NCBI GenBank assembly: GCA_913054115.1
Contig: CAJXIS010000001.1
Span: 1-34,232 of the forward strand
From: an uncultured Acidimicrobiaceae bacterium
GTDB lineage: Bacteria; Actinomycetota; Acidimicrobiia; Acidimicrobiales; MedAcidi-G1
Direction of reading: 5' to 3'
DNA length: 34,232 nucleotides
Shown here: one piece after another, positions 17,949 to 25,437 of the stretch
Layout: each line of letters begins with the position of its first letter
Numbering within the stretch: position 1 is the stretch's first letter
Notes under the pieces: model-generated
What the model was told of the DNA's origin: nothing
Database searches by the model: none
What the model saw: the letters and a program-made list of their open reading frames with translations, nothing else
Program-made: the position numbers and the translations under genes

Positions 17949-18794
17949 TCAGTCTTCGCTCCCGCTGTCGCTCTTGTGCTCACCCATCCGTTCGCGGGGC
18001 GTCGCGCCCTGCTCCATCAGTTCCTTGAGGAACTTCCGAAACTCGGGAGTGTGCGAGACGACGGCCTGCAGATCGTTGGATGCCTGCTGGTGGGTGCGGA
18101 AGCCCATCGTCTCCCATGCCCGGGTGAGGTTCATCTTCGCTGCCTGGAGGGTGACCGTCGGCGCCCGTGCGATGGTCGCCGCCATCTCTTCGACCGTCGA
18201 CTCGAGTTCATCGGCCGGCACCACCCGGTTGATCAGCCCATGATCGAGCGCCTCGGCCGCATCGACCTTCTTTGCGGTGTAGATGTACTCGGCTGCCCGC
18301 TTGTAGTTCATGTAGACCCACGGCTCGAACACCGTCTCGAGGCCGGGGAGCCCGAAACCGGGGACCAGTGGCATCTGGAACCAGGCGTCCTCCGAGCAGA
18401 TGGTGATGTCGGGCAGCAGTCCCCAGGTGGTGCCGCCGCCGATGCAGTACCCATGGACCTGGGCGATCGTCGGCTTCGGGAACTCCCAGAGTTTCAGAAC
18501 CGGCCAGAGGAACAGTCGTGCAGGACCACGCCAGGTTCCGCCACTGGCCGCTCGTTCGGCGATGAACGAGGGGTACTGGCCACTCGGGTCATGGCCCGAA
18601 CAGAAGCCCTTGCCGTTGGCCTTGATGATGACGACCTTGATGTCGTAGTCGTACTGGGCGTCATCGAGGCAGTCGTTGACGCTCCAGACCATGCCCTCGG
18701 TCTGCACGTTGGCCTTCTCGGGCTTGTTCAGAATTATCCGGGCGATCGGCCCGTCCTTTTCGTAGATGACGTCGTCCATCTCGCGGCGCTCCAT
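17949..18794 (-). CDS. Enoyl-CoA hydratase/isomerase (crotonase) family protein
   Basis: 281 aa with IARIILNKPEKANV and KANGKGFCSGHD. SD AAAGGAGC lies upstream of ATG 18794. Confidence 0.88.
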   Translation of the reverse strand: MERREMDDVIYEKDGPIARIILNKPEKANVQTEGMVWSVNDCLDDAQYDYDIKVVIIKANGKGFCSGHDPSGQYPSFIAERAASGGTWRGPARLFLWPVLKLWEFPKPTIAQVHGYCIGGGTTWGLLPDITICSEDAWFQMPLVPGFGLPGLETVFEPWVYMNYKRAAEYIYTAKKVDAAEALDHGLINRVVPADELESTVEEMAATIARAPTVTLQAAKMNLTRAWETMGFRTHQQASNDLQAVVSHTPEFRKFLKELMEQGATPRERMGEHKSDSGSED

Positions 18795-18815
18795 CGGAGG
18801 CTCCTTTCGGCTCTG

Positions 18816-19049
18816 TCAGCCCTGTTCGATTGTGGCGATGATCGTGCCGACCGGATACTCCTCACCGGTTTCGGCCACGATCCTGAGGACCCCGTCGGCG
18901 GGGCTGTCGATTTCCATCTCGACCTTGTCTGTCTCGAGTAGATAGATCGGCTGGTCCCGGTGCACGACCCCACCGTCCTGCACGAGCCATTCGATGATGG
19001 TGCCGAATTCGACGGCATCACCGGTCTTGGGGATTCGAACGTCGATCAT
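18816..19049 (-). CDS. Stand-alone lipoyl/biotinyl-attachment domain protein (77 aa)
   Basis: MIDVRIPKTGDAVEFGTIIEWLVQDGGVVHRDQPIYLLETDKVEMEIDSPADGVLRIV is a classical E2-type lipoyl domain with the ETDK acceptor lysine. No catalytic or E3-binding domain follows. Confidence 0.85.
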   Translation of the reverse strand: MIDVRIPKTGDAVEFGTIIEWLVQDGGVVHRDQPIYLLETDKVEMEIDSPADGVLRIVAETGEEYPVGTIIATIEQG

Positions 19050-19121
19050 TCGGAGTCCTCGGCATCGGCGGTCGAGACGCCCTCGGTGCTCACGTCCATC
19101 GAACCGGGTCGCAGAAGCGTA

Positions 19122-19148
19122 TGGAACAAGTACACATATGTTGTTCTA
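19122..19148. promoter_or_regulatory. Operator O5: TGGAACA-AGTACACATATGT-TGTTCTA
   Basis: Lies 73 nt upstream of the lipoyl-protein start and directly downstream of the SnoaL stop (19174). It is the only copy not in a divergent gap. It contains the 8-bp palindrome ACATATGT. Confidence 0.62.
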
Positions 19149-19173
19149 TCATATCACACTCGGAATCGCGCCT

Positions 19174-19560
19174 TCAGTCGGACTGAGGTTGCACCGGCTT
19201 GGCCATGCGGATCTCGCGGCGGGCAAACCGCCACCCGTCCCCTTCCCGGATGAGGGTGTCGGCGTAGAGCCCCATGCTCGACAACTCCCGGTCGAGGTTG
19301 AAGAACACGAAGTTCGACAGGGCGGTCGCCTGGTCGCCATCGATGTCGATGCGAACAGAGGTGTTGAGATGGAGTCCCTGCGGCGCGTTGGAGATGAACC
19401 CGGTCAGCGCCTCGAATCCCGACCAGTCGCGGCGAAAGGCGACCATCACGCCGTCGTCGCCGAAGAGCCGTGCCCAGTCGTCGTAGCGGCATTCATCCGC
19501 AGCGAGGCAGTACTCGGCCAGGAGTCGGCGAACGCCTTCGATGTCATCGGTCGTGGTCAT
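19174..19560 (-). CDS. SnoaL-like / NTF2-fold protein
   Basis: 128 aa. IEGVRRLLAEYCLAADECRYDDWARLFGDDGVM...GDGWRFARREI is SnoaL_4-like. Confidence 0.72.
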   Translation of the reverse strand: MTTTDDIEGVRRLLAEYCLAADECRYDDWARLFGDDGVMVAFRRDWSGFEALTGFISNAPQGLHLNTSVRIDIDGDQATALSNFVFFNLDRELSSMGLYADTLIREGDGWRFARREIRMAKPVQPQSD

Positions 19561-19596
19561 GGGTGTCCTCCCAGGTGTCGGCTGGCGCGAGCCAGG

Positions 19597-20835
19597 TCAG
19601 GTGATGGCCCCCAGGGCCTTGAGCTCGGTGATCCGGTCCCAGTCGAGACCGGCCTCGAGCAGGAGGAGTTCTGTGTCCTGGGCGAACTCCGGCGCCCGCT
19701 TGAGCGTTGGCGGCTCCCGGTCGAAGAGCACCGGGCTGCCAACCAGTTCGCGCTCCTTGCCGGCGCCGTCCGTGATCCCCACGATGTAGCCGTTCGGTCG
19801 GGCCTGAGGATCGTTGGTCAGATCGACCGTGTTCTGGACGACCGCCCACTGGCCGTCGAGCGTTGCGAGGCGGGCGACCCAATCCGCGAGCGGCGCGGAG
19901 AGGATCCGCTGTCGGATCAACGATCGCGCCTCCTTCGCATTCGCCATGAGCTTCTCTGTCGTATTGAATCGGTCGTCGTCGATGAGGTGTTCGAGTTCGA
20001 GGTGTGCGCAGGTGTCGGCCCAGTACTTCCCTGGCTGCAGCATGAACAGGGTGAGCCATCGGTCGTCGCTGGTGCGAAACATCCCGGCCAGCGGGTTGCG
20101 AGCGTCATCGAGCAGCATGTCGCTGCGCGGCACCCACCATGGCTCGCCGGAGATGAGTGCGACGTTGGTGGCGACTCCATTGGCCCACATCGCGACTCCG
20201 AGCAGGGAAACGTCGATCTCGCTCGTCTCTCCTGTTCGTTCGCGCCGCAGAAGCGCAGCGGCGATCCCACCGGCGATCGTCATGCCGCCCATGCTGTCGC
20301 CGAACGCTGCTCCCGGCTGGCCGATCACACCGTCGATATCGGGTGGCGTGCAGGTGCTGGCCGCTCCGCCTCGACACCAGAACGCCGTGAAGTCGTAGCC
20401 GCCGGAGTCACGGTCGGGGCCCTCATCACCGAAGGCGGACCCGCGGACGTAGATGATGGACGGGTTGACGGCGCGGATGTCGTCGACCTCGATTCCGAGA
20501 CGGCTTCGGGCGTTCGGGAGGAAGTTGGTGAGGAACACGTCGCAATCGCGGGCGAGGTCGAGCAGGATTTCGCGCCCCTCCGCCATCTCGAGATCGAGTC
20601 CGATGCTGCGCTTGCCGCGGTTCGCGTGCTCCATCAACGGGTTGAAGTCGGCCGACATCTTCGCGGTGCCGAGATACCGGATGCCCCGCTGACCGTCGCC
20701 GGTGCGCGCATGCTCGACCTTGATGACGTCGGCACCCCAGTCGGCGAGCACGGCGCCCGCCGCCGGCACGAAGGTGTACTGCGCAACCTCGAGCACCTTG
20801 ATGCCCTCCATCGGTCGTGCTGCCATGCTGCTCAC
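19597..20835 (-). CDS. Family III CoA-transferase (CaiB/BaiF / alpha-methylacyl-CoA racemase family)
   Basis: MEGIKVLEVAQYTFVPAAGAVLADWGADVIKVEHARTGDGQRG is the family III N-terminal signature. The start could be Met1, Met4 or Met9. Confidence 0.88.
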   Translation of the reverse strand: MSSMAARPMEGIKVLEVAQYTFVPAAGAVLADWGADVIKVEHARTGDGQRGIRYLGTAKMSADFNPLMEHANRGKRSIGLDLEMAEGREILLDLARDCDVFLTNFLPNARSRLGIEVDDIRAVNPSIIYVRGSAFGDEGPDRDSGGYDFTAFWCRGGAASTCTPPDIDGVIGQPGAAFGDSMGGMTIAGGIAAALLRRERTGETSEIDVSLLGVAMWANGVATNVALISGEPWWVPRSDMLLDDARNPLAGMFRTSDDRWLTLFMLQPGKYWADTCAHLELEHLIDDDRFNTTEKLMANAKEARSLIRQRILSAPLADWVARLATLDGQWAVVQNTVDLTNDPQARPNGYIVGITDGAGKERELVGSPVLFDREPPTLKRAPEFAQDTELLLLEAGLDWDRITELKALGAIT

Positions 20836-20851
20836 CTCTCACCGGCCGTGA

Positions 20852-20878
20852 TAGAACATATATGCATGACTTGTTCTA
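20852..20878. promoter_or_regulatory. Operator O6: TAGAACA-TATATGCATGACT-TGTTCTA (perfect; arms extend to the 9-bp GATAGAACA/TGTTCTATC, 20850-20880)
   Basis: Divergent gap between the CoA-transferase (20835, -) and TetR (20973, +). This is the best palindrome of the family. Confidence 0.72.
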
Positions 20879-20972
20879 TCGTCTCAGACGGGCGTTGGCA
20901 AACAGCGGCCGATCGCCAGGGGATGCACGGCATGCTTGAGCACCCTCGATCACAGATGGGAAGGAAGTCGCA

Positions 20973-21581
20973 ATGACAGAGACGGCCGTCGACACGTCAG
21001 TCACCGACATGCGGAGACGGATCATCGCTGCGGGCTACCGGATGCTGCTCCAATTCGGTGAGAACAAGACCAGCATGGGCGACATCGCCGACGCAGCCGG
21101 CGTCTCACGTGGCACCGTCTACCGGTACTTCGACGACCGCGACCAGCTCCTCGAAGCTGTCATGGACCATTCAGCACACAGATACTGGGATGCCATCGAC
21201 GCCAGCATCACCGACGACATGTCGCTCGGCGACAAGATCGAATCACGGGTGCAGACCAGCATCCGATTCTCCAGCGGGCTGATCGATCAGCTCGCGTCGG
21301 GTTCGGTCGAGATGTATCGCCGGATGATCACCGGCGACCTCCACCGCAGTTCGATTCTGTCCGCGGAACGCACCGTGCCCATGCTCGAGTTGGCCCGTGA
21401 GCGTGGAGAGTTTCGCGCCGACCTCGACATCGCCCTTGCAGCGGACTGGATCTCGCGCATCATCGTCAGCATCATCTGGCTGCCTGTCTCGACGGTGATC
21501 GACATGAGCGACGAGAAGGTCGCCGCCGCCTACACCCGTGATCTCATCATGGGCGGAATCGGCGCCCCTGGGCACACCTGA
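20973..21581 (+). CDS. TetR/AcrR-family transcriptional regulator
   Basis: N-terminal HTH RRRIIAAGYRMLLQFGENKTSMGDIADAAGVSRGTVYRYFDDRDQLL. SD GGAAGGAAG lies upstream. Confidence 0.9.
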   Translation: MTETAVDTSVTDMRRRIIAAGYRMLLQFGENKTSMGDIADAAGVSRGTVYRYFDDRDQLLEAVMDHSAHRYWDAIDASITDDMSLGDKIESRVQTSIRFSSGLIDQLASGSVEMYRRMITGDLHRSSILSAERTVPMLELARERGEFRADLDIALAADWISRIIVSIIWLPVSTVIDMSDEKVAAAYTRDLIMGGIGAPGHT

Positions 21582-21582
21582 C

Positions 21583-22350
21583 TCAACCGCCCTTCTCGGC
21601 GAAGCGGGCGATGTTCGCCCGGAGTTCGGGCGTGTCGAATGACCGGTACTCGGCGCTCACGCAGAACTCGACGACCCCGCTGGCCGCTCTCGCCAGATGT
21701 TGGTTGAGCGCCCGCTTCGTGTCCTGTACCGCCTGCGGCGGTGATTTCGCGAGGCGGTGGGCGAGTTCGAGTGCGGCTCCGAAGCACTCACCATCCGGCA
21801 CCACCCGGTTGGCCAGACCGAGGCGGTGCGCCTCCTTGGCCGGGATGCGGTCGCCGGTGAGGATGTACTCCTTGGCGGCCAGGAGGCTCATTGCCAGAGG
21901 CCAGGTGATCGCGCCGCCGTCGCCGGCCACCAGTCCGATGGGCACATGGGGATCGGCGAGGTAGGCGCTCGCATCCATGATGACGATGTCGCTCATCATC
22001 GCCAGGCTGCAGCCGAGTCCGACGGCGGGACCGTTCACGGCGGCCACCAGCGGGAGCCGAAATCCGATCATGTCGCGCATGATCCGTCGCGACTCGTCCA
22101 GTACCCGCTCGCGCAGAACCACGTCGTCGACCATCTTCTGCAGGAGTTCCATGTCGCCACCTGCGGTGAAGGCCCGGCCTTCGCCGGTGATCACGACCGC
22201 ACGGGCGTCGTGGTCTGCGTCGAGCTCGGACCAGATGTCGGCCAGGGCCGTATGGAGGACCTCGTCGACAGCGTTGAGCGCATCGGGTCGGTTCAGGCGG
22301 ACGATCCGCACGGGACCATCCTCTGACACGGTGAGCACGTTCTGGGTCAT
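21583..22350 (-). CDS. Enoyl-CoA hydratase/isomerase (crotonase) family protein
   Basis: Start trimmed to MTQNVLTVSEDGPVRIVRLNRPDALNAV (ATG 22350). ITGEGRAFTAGGDM is present. Confidence 0.88.
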   Translation of the reverse strand: MTQNVLTVSEDGPVRIVRLNRPDALNAVDEVLHTALADIWSELDADHDARAVVITGEGRAFTAGGDMELLQKMVDDVVLRERVLDESRRIMRDMIGFRLPLVAAVNGPAVGLGCSLAMMSDIVIMDASAYLADPHVPIGLVAGDGGAITWPLAMSLLAAKEYILTGDRIPAKEAHRLGLANRVVPDGECFGAALELAHRLAKSPPQAVQDTKRALNQHLARAASGVVEFCVSAEYRSFDTPELRANIARFAEKGG

Positions 22351-22451
22351 GTCGGTCTCCCTGGATCGGCCGTGGAATGTGGGGGGTCCTGCCGACGTCG
22401 TTGGTTGCGCTTGCGGACCCTGGGCCCGCATTCCGACGCTGCAGCACCACA

Positions 22452-22478
22452 ATAGACAAATGCGCAGTATTTGTACTA
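22452..22478. promoter_or_regulatory. Operator O7: ATAGACA-AATGCGCAGTATT-TGTACTA
   Basis: Divergent gap between the crotonase (22350, -) and the P450 (22519, +). The left arm is shifted or degenerate by one base. Confidence 0.55.
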
Positions 22479-22518
22479 TCGTAACTAGCACCAGTCGGGA
22501 GCGCACAAGGAGTTCGCG

Positions 22519-23718
22519 GTGACCACGGATACCACGTCAGTCCCCTACTGGGACCCCTACGACGACGACCTTCGGCGATCTCCCTATGACGCTTGGCGGG
22601 TGCTTCGAGACGACGCTCCGCTCTACCGCAACGACCGCTACGACTTCTTCGCCCTGAGCCGGTTCGACGATGTGCTGGGCGCTTCGCTCGACACCGAGGC
22701 CTTCAGCTCTGCCCGGGGCATCACCCTCGACACCATCGGACGCACCCCCGAGCTCGCATCGATGATCGAACTCGACCCGCCCCACCACGACGTCCTCCGC
22801 AAGGTCGTGGCGCGTTGGTTCACGCCCCGATCCGTCGCCCAACTCGAGACCCGCATCCGCGAACTCAGTGCCGGATACCTCGACCCCCTTGCCGCCGCCG
22901 GCGGAGGCGACATCGTCGCAGCGTTCACCGCGCGCCTTCCGGTGATGATCATCTCGTCGCTGCTCGGGTTCCCCGAGGAGGATCACGACAGCCTTCGGGA
23001 GTGGAGTGATTCCCAGCTCCATCGCGCCGACGGCGAAGAGGGTCGCAGCGAAGCGGCCCTGGCCGACAGCCGGGCACTGCACGCCTACTACCTTGACGCG
23101 ATCGCCCAGCGCCGGAAGTCGCCCAGGGACGACATGGTCTCAGACCTCCTCGTGGCCGATATGGAAGATGTCGGCGGCCAGACCCGGGGGCTGACCGACA
23201 TCGAGGCACTGGCGATGATCCTTCTGATCAACGTGGCCGGCAACGAGACCGTGGCCCGCCTCCTCGGGTCGGCGGCGCTCGTTCTGTCGGATTGGCCGGA
23301 CCAACGTCGCCGCCTCATCGACGACCTCTCACTCTGCGGCAATGCCGTGGAGGAACTGCTGCGGTTCGAGGCACCTTCACCGGTTCAGGGGCGCTACGTC
23401 TCGCGTCCCATCGACCTCTACGGAATCACCGTGCCCGAGGGGTCCAAGATGCTGCTGTTGACGGGCGCCGCGGGGCGGGACGAGCGCCACTACCCCGACG
23501 CCCATCGATTCGACGTGACCCGGACCTTCGATCGCCACCTGAGCCTCGGCTACGGGGCGCACTACTGCCTCGGTGCGGCATTGGCCCGTCTCGAGGGGAG
23601 GCTCGGAATCGAGGAGATGCTCACGCGCCTCCCGGAATGGCATGTCGATCCGGACCAGGTCGAGTACGTCAAGACCAACACCGTTCGTGGACCCGCATCG
23701 TGTCCGATCACGTTCTGA
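22519..23718 (+). CDS. Cytochrome P450
   Basis: 399 aa from a GTG start with AAGGAG 6 nt upstream. Heme loop LSLGYGAHYCLGAALARLE and ELLRFE (ExxR). Confidence 0.9.
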   Translation: MTTDTTSVPYWDPYDDDLRRSPYDAWRVLRDDAPLYRNDRYDFFALSRFDDVLGASLDTEAFSSARGITLDTIGRTPELASMIELDPPHHDVLRKVVARWFTPRSVAQLETRIRELSAGYLDPLAAAGGGDIVAAFTARLPVMIISSLLGFPEEDHDSLREWSDSQLHRADGEEGRSEAALADSRALHAYYLDAIAQRRKSPRDDMVSDLLVADMEDVGGQTRGLTDIEALAMILLINVAGNETVARLLGSAALVLSDWPDQRRRLIDDLSLCGNAVEELLRFEAPSPVQGRYVSRPIDLYGITVPEGSKMLLLTGAAGRDERHYPDAHRFDVTRTFDRHLSLGYGAHYCLGAALARLEGRLGIEEMLTRLPEWHVDPDQVEYVKTNTVRGPASCPITF

Positions 23719-23728
23719 GAAACCACAG

Positions 23729-25372
23729 GTGAACGTCGCCGACCTCCTGCTCGCACGCGCAGCCGATCGCACCGTCGGACTCCGCTTCGACGACCAGGCG
23801 TGGACCTTCGAGGAGTACGTCGACGAGGCGATCGCCCGCGCCCACCTGCTGCTCGAACACAGGCCGTCCGATGCTCCGTTCCATGTCGGCGTGCTCCTCG
23901 AGAACACGCCCGACTACGTGTTCCTGCTCGGCGCTGCGGCGCTTTCCGGCGCGGTCGTCGTCGGGATCAATCCCACGCGCCGCGGTGCCGAGCTCGAGCG
24001 CGACATCCGGCACACGGAATGCGCTGTGCTCGTCACCGAGGAGAGGTTCCTGCCCCTCCTCGACACGCTCGACATTGGCGTCGAGCCATCAGCGACCTTT
24101 GTCGTGGAGTCGGCGCGGTGGAAAGACGCCGTGGCGGCCCGGCGGGGTCGGGCGGCTCCCCGGGGGGAGATCGCTGAGGCCGAGCCGTTCCTCCTGATCT
24201 TCACGTCTGGTACGAGCGGCAGTCCCAAGGCATCGATCTGTTCCCAACGCCGCCTGGCCGACATTGCCGCGACGATCGCGAAGCGCAGGGGGATCACCTC
24301 GGACGACGTCCTCTACTGCGCCATGCCGCTGTTCCATGCCAACGGCATGATGTCGGGATGGGTTGCCGCCCTCGCCGGCGGATGCACGCTTGCGCTCCGT
24401 CGCAGGTTCTCCGCTTCCGAGTTCCTCCCCGATGTCCGGAGGTACGAGGCGACGCTCGCGAACTACGTGGGCAAGGTGCTCGCCTACGTACTCGCCACTC
24501 CTGCGACAGGCGACGACGCCGACAACACCTTGCGGTTCGTCTACGGCAACGAGGGGACGACGCTGGATCTCGGGCGATTCGCGGATCGGTTCTCCTGCGA
24601 GGTCTCCGATGCGTACGGTTCGTCGGAGGGCGGGGTCACGATCTTCCGGGTTCCGGGAATGCCCTCGGCGGCGCTCGGCAGGGGGGCGCCGGGCACCGTG
24701 GTCCTCGATCCCGAGACCGGCCGACCTTGCCGCAGGGCGGAGTTCGGTCCCGACGGAAGGGTGGTCAACTCCGACGAGGCCGTCGGTGAAATCGCCCGCG
24801 TGGGCGAGGATCTCGACTTCGAGGGGTACTGGAACAACGCCGAGGCCGAGGCCGACAAGGTCCGTGACGGGATCTTCTGGACGGGCGACCTCGGCTACCT
24901 GGACGATGACGACTTCGTCTACTTCGTCGGGCGCAACGCCGACTGGCTGCGTGTCGACGGCGAGAACATCGCTGCGGTCACGATCGAGTCGGTGGTCGCC
25001 AGGTTCCCCGGCGCCGGCGTGGTGGCCGCCTATGCGGTGCCTGACCCCGATGTCGGCGATCAGGTGATGGTGGCCATGCTCATGGCCGAGGGGGCCTCCT
25101 TCGACCCTGGCTCCTTTGGCCGGTTCCTCGACGAACAACCCGATCTCGGTTCGAAGGCGGTGCCCCGCTTCGTGCGGATCGTCTCGGCCCTTCCGGTGAC
25201 GGCCAGCAACAAGGTCCTCTATCGGGAGTTGCGCTGCGACTTCTGGGAATGCCCGGACCAGGTGTGGTGGCGCGATGGCGAGGGCTACCGCCTGCTCTCG
25301 GATGCCGACATCGACGATCTCCGCCAACGGTTCGTGGTACGGGACCGCAGCCACCTGCTCGGCGCGGGCTGA
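23729..25372 (+). CDS. Acyl-CoA synthetase / AMP-dependent ligase (FadD-like)
   Basis: Start moved to the in-frame GTG 23729 (MNVADLLLAR...), 10 nt after the P450 stop. AMP motif LLIFTSGTSGSPKAS. GDLGYLDDDDFVYFVGRNADWLRVDGENI is also present. Confidence 0.86.
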   Translation: MNVADLLLARAADRTVGLRFDDQAWTFEEYVDEAIARAHLLLEHRPSDAPFHVGVLLENTPDYVFLLGAAALSGAVVVGINPTRRGAELERDIRHTECAVLVTEERFLPLLDTLDIGVEPSATFVVESARWKDAVAARRGRAAPRGEIAEAEPFLLIFTSGTSGSPKASICSQRRLADIAATIAKRRGITSDDVLYCAMPLFHANGMMSGWVAALAGGCTLALRRRFSASEFLPDVRRYEATLANYVGKVLAYVLATPATGDDADNTLRFVYGNEGTTLDLGRFADRFSCEVSDAYGSSEGGVTIFRVPGMPSAALGRGAPGTVVLDPETGRPCRRAEFGPDGRVVNSDEAVGEIARVGEDLDFEGYWNNAEAEADKVRDGIFWTGDLGYLDDDDFVYFVGRNADWLRVDGENIAAVTIESVVARFPGAGVVAAYAVPDPDVGDQVMVAMLMAEGASFDPGSFGRFLDEQPDLGSKAVPRFVRIVSALPVTASNKVLYRELRCDFWECPDQVWWRDGEGYRLLSDADIDDLRQRFVVRDRSHLLGAG

Positions 25373-25437
25373 TGCGGGCAGCCGATACACAGGTGCGAGG
25401 GTTGTTCGATCGCACTGGCGAAAGTTAGGACCGGGTC

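Noticed and set aside
3774-22478. Calling the seven operators bona fide KstR boxes and the TetR KstR
   Set aside because: The half-site words match (TAGAAC/GTTCTA), but canonical KstR sites are a contiguous ~14-bp palindrome and these arms are 13 nt apart. The TetR cannot be assigned to the KstR orthogroup by eye. It is reported as a KstR-like but distinct architecture.
25383-25409. Possible eighth operator, cGATACA-N13-TGTTCGA, in the gap before the fused ACAD gene
   Set aside because: Only the ACA-N13-TGT core and part of the right arm match. The left arm is poor and the region is not AT-rich. It is too weak to call without a PWM score.
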